This document shows, piece after piece, positions 18,475-25,436 of a stretch of DNA of 25,436 bases. Location of the stretch: the NCBI GenBank assembly GCA_034660555.1, contig JAYEJL010000012.1:1-25436 (forward strand), in the 5' to 3' direction. The notes beneath the pieces were generated by a model. The model was given only the letters and a program-made list of their open reading frames with translations, searched no databases and was not told where the DNA came from. Each line of letters begins with the position of its first letter. Position 1 is the first letter of the stretch. A program made the translations under genes and the position numbers. Origin of the DNA: Thermotogota bacterium (GTDB lineage Bacteria; Thermotogota; Thermotogae; Petrotogales; Kosmotogaceae).

Positions 18475-19161
18475 CTATTCTATGAGATTAATAACTTCCT
18501 CAAAGCTTTTTGCAACTGTACAATCTACTTCTTCAGCTTTTCCATTACTGTCAAAAAGAATAAAATCTATTCCAGCTCTTTGTGCTCCCTGGAGATCACT
18601 TTCAGGATTATCTCCTATGTAAATTGATTTCTCAAAAGGGACACCTGAGAGCTTCGAGGCTTCAAAAAATATCTTTGGTTCTGGTTTTGGTTTACCTACT
18701 CGTTCAGAAGTCAAAACGAACTCAACGAAATTATCTAGATTAACTTTTTTGCTTCTCCCTTGCTGGACCCTCTCCACGCCATTTGTAATAACAGCCATCC
18801 TTTGCCCTTTTTGTTTTAGATATTCGAGAGCTTTTTTTGCACCTGGCATAAAAAAGGCAAGGCTCGATAATTCATCCAGATATTCTTTGGAAGCCAATTC
18901 GGGATTGCCATCGTTGATTCCGGCAGCTTCGAAAAACTCTTTAAAGCGGGCTACAACGATGTAATCCTTTTTGTATTTCCCATGAGAAAAATAACTCCAC
19001 CACTTTTCGTTAATCTTTTCATACAGTTCATAGGTTTTTTCATCTATTGTTATTCCATAACGGTTCATCGCTCTTTTTAATGCTTCTTTTTCTGATTTGC
19101 TGAAATCCAGCAATGTATTGTCCAGATCAAAATAAACGATTTCGTATTTCAAAATAATCAT
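18475..19161 (-). CDS. YjjG-like HAD-superfamily hydrolase (pyrimidine nucleotidase-like)
   Basis: FDLDNTLLDF, ITNG, KPEPKIF and IGDNPESDLQGA motifs. Confidence 0.88.
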   Translation of the reverse strand: MIILKYEIVYFDLDNTLLDFSKSEKEALKRAMNRYGITIDEKTYELYEKINEKWWSYFSHGKYKKDYIVVARFKEFFEAAGINDGNPELASKEYLDELSSLAFFMPGAKKALEYLKQKGQRMAVITNGVERVQQGRSKKVNLDNFVEFVLTSERVGKPKPEPKIFFEASKLSGVPFEKSIYIGDNPESDLQGAQRAGIDFILFDSNGKAEEVDCTVAKSFEEVINLIE

Positions 19162-20132
19162 TCCTTTCCTATATTGAAAATTACTTTCATTGATTTTTTA
19201 GCGCGTGCAAAAGCTTCTTCATAATCACCCAACTTGTATTCGGAGTCAATCATGGGGAGAACTTTGATAGAATTGTCTTTGAGTGCTTCGATGGCATCAT
19301 GAAAATTACCGCATCTTGACCCTATCAACTGTATCTCGTTAACAACAGCCTTTGAAAGATTGACAGACTTATTTCCTGCATAGGTGCTTTTTAAAATAAT
19401 GGTACCTTTGGGTTTTGTTAGAAACAGGCCTGCCTCCAATCCCTTTGAGTTTCCTGTAGCTTCAATTACGATATCAAACTGCTCTTTATAATCAGGAAAA
19501 AACTCCTTTTCATAGTTATTGAACTCAACGCATGTTGTTTTTAAGGCGTTTGTTCTTTCAGAATGTTTACCAAACAATATGTGTTTAATTTGTCTGGATT
19601 CGAGCACCTGTGAAATCAAAAGCCCTAATTTTCCGTCTCCCAGCACTCCGATAAGTTTGTCTGAGGAAAACTCTGAACACTCAAGAATTTGAAATGCAGC
19701 TGCAAGAGGTTCCACAAAAACAGCTTCATTATCTGTTATGTTATCAGGTAGTATGTGAACATTTTCATCGGGTAAAATCAAGTATTCAGCAAAGGCTCCA
19801 TTCCAATTATCAATGCCAAAGACTTTTATATTTCTGCAGTGTTTTTTTAGACCTTTTTTACACATATCACATTTTCCACACCCGATATTTATCTCACCAA
19901 CAACGCGTTTTCCCAATAGATGTTCTTGATTACTTTTTTCTACGATACCAACGAATTCATGACCCGGTATGCCTTTGAATCCCATGTAGCCCTTCATAAT
20001 TTCAAGATCGGTATCGCAGATAGCAGCTTTTTTAACCTTTATGAGCGAATAATTAATATTTTTGTAATCCTTGAAAGAGGGTTTTTCAACTTCTTTCAAT
20101 TGTATTTTTCTGTCAAAAAACAATGCTTTCAT
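19158..20132 (-). CDS. Zn-dependent MDR alcohol dehydrogenase-like protein
   Basis: ICDTD, PGHEFVG, CGKCDMC...C, EPLAAA and GDGKLG motifs. Confidence 0.88.
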   Translation of the reverse strand: MKALFFDRKIQLKEVEKPSFKDYKNINYSLIKVKKAAICDTDLEIMKGYMGFKGIPGHEFVGIVEKSNQEHLLGKRVVGEINIGCGKCDMCKKGLKKHCRNIKVFGIDNWNGAFAEYLILPDENVHILPDNITDNEAVFVEPLAAAFQILECSEFSSDKLIGVLGDGKLGLLISQVLESRQIKHILFGKHSERTNALKTTCVEFNNYEKEFFPDYKEQFDIVIEATGNSKGLEAGLFLTKPKGTIILKSTYAGNKSVNLSKAVVNEIQLIGSRCGNFHDAIEALKDNSIKVLPMIDSEYKLGDYEEAFARAKKSMKVIFNIGKE

Positions 20133-21320
20133 TCAATCACCTTCTATGGCCTGTTTGACGTCAGCTATGATGTCCGAAGAGTTTTCAAGGCCCGTAGAAA
20201 TGCGAATAGTCTTCTTTTTAAAGCCAAATTGGTGTAATTTATCTTCCGGATAATTTCTGTGTGTCATTAATGCAGGAATCTCAACGAGTGTTTCGGCATC
20301 TCCAAGGCTTACAGCGAGCTTTAGCATCTTCAATTTCTTAATAAATGTTCTTGCCACATCAAGATTGCCACTTAATTCGAAACTAACTATTCCGCCAAAT
20401 CCTGACATCTGATTTTTAGCAATTTCGTGTCCAGGATGATTTTCAAGAGAAGGATGTAAGACCCGTTCAACCTTTGGATGATTCTTGAGAAATTTTGTTA
20501 ATTCCAGCGCATTGTTGTTGTGTCTTTCCATTCGTAGATGGAGTGTTTTAAGCCCCCTTATAAGTAACCAGGCATCAAAAGGACTCATAACACTTCCAAG
20601 TTCACACATATATCCAAATTTCAGATTGTGTATATACTCCTGGTCCTTAGATATAGCAATCCCGGCAACTACATCTCCGTGACCAGAGATGTATTTGGTA
20701 GCGCTATGAACGACTACATCAACACCATATTCGAGAGGTCTTTGAAAGTATGGTGTAGCGAAGGTGTTGTCAACAACGACTGGGATACTATGTTTTTTGG
20801 CTAAATCAACAACTGCTTTAATATCAATGATTTCCATTGATGGATTGGTAGGCGTTTCAAAGAATATAACTTTGGTTTTTTCTGTTATCAAGTCCTTTAC
20901 TACATCAATGTTGGTCATATCTGTAAAAAATGTTTTTATTCCATAATTGGGCAATAATGAATTTAATGCAGAAAATGTTGAGCCATAAAGGTTTCTGTGT
21001 GCAATTATTTCATTATCTTTTTTTGTTAGTGATAGAAGTACGGTTGTAATTGCTGCCATTCCAGATGAAAATGCAACTGAATCTGTTCCCTTTTCAAGAG
21101 CTGCAATCCTTCGCTCAAGGAGATTCACAGTTGGATTTCCACCACGAGTGTAAACATATGCTTTTCTTTTGAAGTCGAACGTATCCTGTGCTTGCTTTAT
21201 ATCTTTAAATGTAAAGGTTGAAGTTAAATAGACAGGATTGTTTAAAGCCTGATGTTGATCTTCCTCTTCTCCTGAATGAATGGCCAGTGTATCAAAGTTA
21301 AATTTTCCTTTTTTATTCAT
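20133..21320 (-). CDS. Cys/Met metabolism PLP-dependent lyase (methionine gamma-lyase-like)
   Basis: YTRGGNPT, ETPTNP, DNTF, HSATKYISGHGD (PLP Lys) and AVSLGD motifs; AAGGAG RBS. Confidence 0.9.
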   Translation of the reverse strand: MNKKGKFNFDTLAIHSGEEEDQHQALNNPVYLTSTFTFKDIKQAQDTFDFKRKAYVYTRGGNPTVNLLERRIAALEKGTDSVAFSSGMAAITTVLLSLTKKDNEIIAHRNLYGSTFSALNSLLPNYGIKTFFTDMTNIDVVKDLITEKTKVIFFETPTNPSMEIIDIKAVVDLAKKHSIPVVVDNTFATPYFQRPLEYGVDVVVHSATKYISGHGDVVAGIAISKDQEYIHNLKFGYMCELGSVMSPFDAWLLIRGLKTLHLRMERHNNNALELTKFLKNHPKVERVLHPSLENHPGHEIAKNQMSGFGGIVSFELSGNLDVARTFIKKLKMLKLAVSLGDAETLVEIPALMTHRNYPEDKLHQFGFKKKTIRISTGLENSSDIIADVKQAIEGD

Positions 21321-21374
21321 AAGAACAACTCCTTTTCAAAGAAACCAAATTGTGTTAAAAAAACCTTCTTTTCT

Positions 21375-21566
21375 TTAGCTGTTCATTTTGACAAAATATT
21401 CAATACTTCTGTCCCATGTTTTTTCCTGTTCATCAGTAAAATAGCATGCAGGTAACTCACCACGACGTTGATGATATTCAATGCATTCACAGCATTTGCC
21501 TTTTCTCGGACAACCGGGATAGGTACAATTGCATTTCTTGAGATTTTCATTTAGTGAACATTCCAT
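21375..21566 (-). CDS. Small Cys-rich protein (DUF6485-like)
   Basis: [21 protein letters not shown]...ELPACYF; AGGAGG before ATG 21566 (ORF-track start is over-extended). Confidence 0.75.
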   Translation of the reverse strand: MECSLNENLKKCNCTYPGCPRKGKCCECIEYHQRRGELPACYFTDEQEKTWDRSIEYFVKMNS

Positions 21567-21643
21567 AATACAACCTCCTGTCATAATTCTGATGTGATAA
21601 TATTTTACCAAACACAAATGGTTAAAGAGTGGGAGTGTTAAGA

Positions 21644-21847
21644 ATGAGAAAAATCATTGTTGTGATATTTCTATTATCTTTATCTGTTAGTGTTTTAACG
21701 CGACCCTTTATACCAGAAGAGGTATCAAATCGATGGAGTAAATTAATTGGGAAGTATGCATTACAATGTGGTGAGCATTTTTACATTAGAGAGAAAGATA
21801 GCAAGCTTGAATTGCTTTATAACCTGCATGAGGGAGAGGAAATATGA
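21644..21847 (+). pseudogene. Probable truncated exported protein (signal peptide plus an N-terminal fragment)
   Basis: [27 protein letters not shown] signal peptide, then LIGKY...FYIREKDSKLELLY, ending after 67 aa. Confidence 0.4.
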
Positions 21848-22424
21848 CAGAAAGACGCTTAAACGGCATGCGGGTTCTCTGTTCCTCTCTTCCTTCTGAC
21901 TGCCTCCCATATTGTACTTCTGCATCTGGGACTCTCTTCTTTAGTTTTGTTTTTCGCATAAAATATTCTATATGGAGTTGAGTTCCTCTTTATTGCACAA
22001 TTTCTTCGCTTGTTTATTGGATGTGGGGTTTTGCTTATTGGCAAAACAATTGTCATAAATAAGACTGATAGTTTGACCATTTCAAGGTAGTGTTTGGTTT
22101 TAAATGTAACAATGGATATAATTACAGTGAACAGTGAGAATTGTTTATGTAATTATTGAAGTTCACATAGTTTTCTGCTAGTGAATACGGAGCCTTTGGA
22201 CTCTAGTAAAACACGATAGTCGCTTACTCAAATGTTCTGCATAATTGTTTTCTTGTTTGGCTGTTCGAATGATTTGGATGTTGAAGAGATTACTAAATCA
22301 ACTATTTTTGCATTCTTAATCGAGTAATTTCTCTATAATCGCCTATGTTTATGCTAAACGCTTATGGAAAGATATATTCTAAGTAATGGCAAAGAGCTTA
22401 AACAAATACTTAGGAGGATGTATT

Positions 22425-23157
22425 TTGAGACTGAAAGTTTTTTTCAACAGTGAAAAGGATGTTTCACTTCCCCTTAGTTATACATATCCACTTCAGTCAG
22501 CAATATACGAGACTCTTTCAACCATGATTCCTAAAAGCCACGAACATGGATTGAATGCAAATGGGAGAATTTTGAAACCTTTCGTGTTCTCACGGCTTAC
22601 AGGTCAAAGCCAAAGAATAAGAGATGGTTCGATAACTTTTACATCACCGATAAGCTTCCATTTTTCTTCACCTCTTGAGGACTACGCACAAGCGTTTGCA
22701 AATGGCTTGTTGAAGAAAGGGTTCATTAAGCTACTTGAGACAAGACTCGAACTTAAATCGATAGAAGTTGAAAATGAATTGCCTAAAGAAGACTTCGTTA
22801 ATGCCAGAACAATATCACCCGTCACAGTTTATTCTACACTGAAAACACCTGAAGGGACAAAAAACTTATTTCTACAATCCTGCTTAGAAAGACTTCTCTG
22901 TCCAGCTCAAAGAAAATCTCAATAGAAAGGCAATCGCATTGGGTATTGCTGTTAGAGTGGAAGATCCCCTCTTCTTTGAACTTACATCAAAACCAATACA
23001 GCGTATTGTAAAATACAAAGACTTTGTCCAAATCGCATGGGACTTTAATTTTAAATTGCAAATAGATCCGGAACTGATGGCGATAGCTTTCGATTGAGGA
23101 TTGGGCTCGAAAAACGCACAGGGATTCGGAATGATAGAAAATATTGAAAGTAGGTGA
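22425..23157 (+). pseudogene. cas6: CRISPR-associated endoribonuclease Cas6, disrupted
   Basis: AGGAGG + TTG 22425; LPLSYTYPLQSAIY, KPFVFSRL and TISPVTVYST motifs. After a frameshift at A6 22859-22864 it reads TYFYNPA*KDF...ENLNRK...AFD*GLGSKNAQGFGMI (Gly-rich Cas6 loop), with internal stops TAG 22885 and TGA 23095. Confidence 0.92.
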
Positions 23158-23745
23158 GTGGCTTTGGTCAAGAGTATTTACGAGATCGGAAATTGGCACG
23201 AGAATGAGTTTGATGAGACCCAGCGACTGACTGAAGAACTCGGCAAAAAATACACAAAAGTCATAACAATAAATCTGGAAAAGAGGGACAACAAACTCTT
23301 CTATTCTGAATGCAAATTAGACAACAAAACAGGTGTCAATTATCTGTACAGAAAGACTCCAGCAGCAAAACCAGATCCATATTCTTTAACTCTTAAGCCT
23401 TCTGGTAAAGGTCCTGCACGTGTGGTAGATAGGTTCGTCAAGTACTGTGAGAAACACCCTGGGGAGCTTACAAATAGTATCAAAAACATTCTCGACAATG
23501 ATAAGGAGAAAATAGTCAGTGATATTGAAAAACTGGCAGAACAATTTACCGGGAAGAACGAATACTATTTTTTGACTGTTTTGATTAATGGACAATATGT
23601 AGGAGAGTTCGATGAGTTCAGAAGGAACTTCCTGGATGAAGTCCTTAATTTTCGGAATTCTCGAAAAGGTGTATGCTTTCTGTGCGGTAAAGAAACTGAA
23701 GTTGGTGCTAGAGTCAGTGCTTTAAGATTACCTATGAGGAATTGA
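23158..23745 (+). pseudogene. cas8b: Type I-B large subunit Cas8b/Csh1 (TM1802-like), N-terminal fragment
   Basis: Directly follows the cas6 stop; IYEIG, YLYRK, LTVLING.YVGEF and GVCFLCG. The last 8 codons and the stop are supplied by CRISPR repeat 1. Confidence 0.75.
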
Positions 23746-23816
23746 AACGTAGAACTATATGTTATATTAATAATGTAGCTCAATAAGCTTTAAGATTACC
23801 TGTGAGGAATTGAAAC
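23719..23816 (+). CRISPR. Remnant CRISPR array: two 30-bp repeats and one 38-bp spacer
   Basis: GCTTTAAGATTACCTATGAGGAATTGAAAC 23719-23748 and GCTTTAAGATTACCTGTGAGGAATTGAAAC 23787-23816 (1 mismatch); ATTGAAAC 3' end; spacer 23749-23786; adjacent to cas genes. Confidence 0.92.
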
Positions 23817-23865
23817 ACTACGTTATATGAAATGCCCGACGACATAATAAAGATAGGTGAAAAAC

Positions 23866-25436
23866 ATGACTAAAGAACAAAAATTCTACAATGCATTAAA
23901 AAGCATCTTTGTAGGTGCAGAGGTAGAAGGAGAATCAGGGTATATCAATTTGATGAGGGTTAAATCAAGGTATTATGAAAAGGGTGTTTTTCCAAAACTC
24001 CAAGGGGATATAGAGGAAGCACTAAAACCATTCCCCGAATTTAGAGAAGAACTTTTTGATAAACTCTACACCTTCTTTAACCGCTATTTTTCAGAAAGCG
24101 GATCAATTTACTTCAGATACACGCCCATTCATCAAAATGTTTATGAGAAAGTATATACCAATGATAAAGATGTTATTTTATTCTGGAAAACCCACATGCT
24201 TTATTATGTTAAAACCGATAGATTGTTTAAGAATTTAGAAGTAGAAATAGATGACTTCAAATTCTTCTTCGATGTTTCTACTCTTGAACATAAAAAAGCA
24301 AATGAGAAGAGAGAAATTGTTTATGAGTTTAAAAAGAAACGAAGAGATGGGACAATTGTTTTTAATGTCTCTTATTCTGTAAGAGGCAAGAAAACAAAGA
24401 TTGCTGAGATTTTAAGGGCATTAAATAGGGAAGGAGTAAGGATAACAGAAGATAGTTTAGAAAATGCATTTAGAGTTTTTGAAAAACAAAGCGAAGTAGA
24501 TTACTTTATAAACAGGAATGCAAGGGAGTTTTTGAGGGAACAATTCAACATCTGGACTTATCAGTATGTCTTTTCCGGTGAGAGCGAATGGACTGAAAAA
24601 AGGATAAAACAATTACAAGCATTAAAAGATATTGCCTTCAAAATAATTGATTTTATCGCTCAATTTGAAGATGAACTAGTAAAGGTCTGGAACAAGCCAA
24701 AGTTTGTTTTGAATTCTAATTATGTGATAACTTTGGATAGAATTGTTTCTGCCTCTCGTTTTGAGCAAAGCAAAGAATCTCTGAAAGTGATTGAAAGGAT
24801 CCTCGAGCACGAGAACTTTAATGAGCAGATCAAGGAATGGAAAGATTTAGGAATTATTGATGGCGATTTTGATAAGAGCAGGATTTTAGAAAACACCTTA
24901 GTAGGAAAGCAGTTAAATAAGAAATATCAATATCTCCCTATTGATACCAAATACTTCAAAGATTTAGAACTTGAGATTTTAGGCTTGTTTGAAAATCTGG
25001 ATAATGCTTTGGACGGCTGGCTGATAAAGAGTGAGAATTATCAGGCATTGAATACAATTTTGCCAAAGTTTAAGGAAAAAGTGCAAACGATTTATATTGA
25101 TCCGCCATATAACACTGGGAGCGATGAGTTTATTTACAGGGATAAGTTTCAACATTCATCTTGGCTTACAATGATGGAGAATAGGTTGAGTTTGACAAAG
25201 GAAATAATGATGAAAGATAATGGAATTATATTTGTTAGTATAGGAGATACCACTAAATCAAACATTCATATTACATCTACAAGCAAGTTAATAACTCTTA
25301 TGAACGAAATTTTTGATGAAGATAATTATGTTGCTACCTTCGTCAGAAAAAGCGGCATTGCCCCAAGACAGGATATAAAACATGTTGCTAATGCTCATGA
25401 CTATATAGTGAGTTATGCCAAAGAAATAGATTTATT
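23866..25436 (+). CDS. Type III restriction-modification Mod-like adenine DNA methyltransferase (partial; runs off the right edge)
   Basis: Open frame from ATG 23866 (AGGTGA RBS): MTKEQKFYNALKSIFVG...LFWKTHMLYYVKTD...LIKSENYQALN...TIYIDPPYNTG (DPPY at 25099-25110)...SSWLTMMENRL. No stop within the window, so it is missing from the ORF track. Confidence 0.9.
   Translation, partial: MTKEQKFYNALKSIFVGAEVEGESGYINLMRVKSRYYEKGVFPKLQGDIEEALKPFPEFREELFDKLYTFFNRYFSESGSIYFRYTPIHQNVYEKVYTNDKDVILFWKTHMLYYVKTDRLFKNLEVEIDDFKFFFDVSTLEHKKANEKREIVYEFKKKRRDGTIVFNVSYSVRGKKTKIAEILRALNREGVRITEDSLENAFRVFEKQSEVDYFINRNAREFLREQFNIWTYQYVFSGESEWTEKRIKQLQALKDIAFKIIDFIAQFEDELVKVWNKPKFVLNSNYVITLDRIVSASRFEQSKESLKVIERILEHENFNEQIKEWKDLGIIDGDFDKSRILENTLVGKQLNKKYQYLPIDTKYFKDLELEILGLFENLDNALDGWLIKSENYQALNTILPKFKEKVQTIYIDPPYNTGSDEFIYRDKFQHSSWLTMMENRLSLTKEIMMKDNGIIFVSIGDTTKSNIHITSTSKLITLMNEIFDEDNYVATFVRKSGIAPRQDIKHVANAHDYIVSYAKEIDL

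Noticed and set aside
22308..22339. cas6 promoter TTGCAT...TATAAT
   Set aside because: The 20-nt spacing is too long to call; only the -10 hexamer is credible.
489..23097. Stop-codon recoding as an explanation for the internal TAG/TGA codons (489, 22885, 23095)
   Set aside because: The same genes also carry frameshifts, the stops fall at positions expecting different residues, and TAG and TGA terminate intact genes elsewhere in the window.
23719..23816. Mini-array as a CreA/CreR-type regulatory RNA
   Set aside because: The repeats are near-identical rather than degenerate, the array interrupts cas8b rather than lying between intact cas genes, and I saw no convincing spacer complementarity to the cas6 upstream region.
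23866..25436. Phase-variable simple-sequence repeat in mod
   Set aside because: No long homopolymer or tandem tract in the visible part of the gene.

Overview
AT-rich bacterial chromosomal window. The CRISPR repeat type, the TM1802-like cas8b and the lipobox-free signal peptides suggest Thermotogota (inference). From left to right it holds: a multiply disrupted acyltransferase pseudogene abutting an alpha/beta hydrolase; a DUF401 membrane protein; a stand-alone GlmU-N-like nucleotidyltransferase; membrane proteins including a CPBP protease; an ~800-bp non-coding patch (5.6-6.4 kb) built from several families of hairpin repeats whose stems covary; a frameshifted ferritin-VIT1 gene and an MFS transporter; an intact 8-gene minus-strand carbohydrate cluster (Zn dehydrogenase, DhnA-type aldolase, BMP-type ABC importer, RpiR, FGGY kinase); TIGR00341, HAD, MDR, PLP-lyase and small Cys-rich genes; and a collapsed type I-B CRISPR-Cas locus. 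In that locus cas6 is a pseudogene and the cas8b N-terminus runs directly into a 2-repeat/1-spacer array, followed 49 nt later by a type III R-M Mod-like methyltransferase that runs off the window and is absent from the ORF track. The most unusual items are the covarying hairpin modules and the cas8b-repeat-spacer-mod junction. All family calls are from motif recognition by eye; no searches were run.
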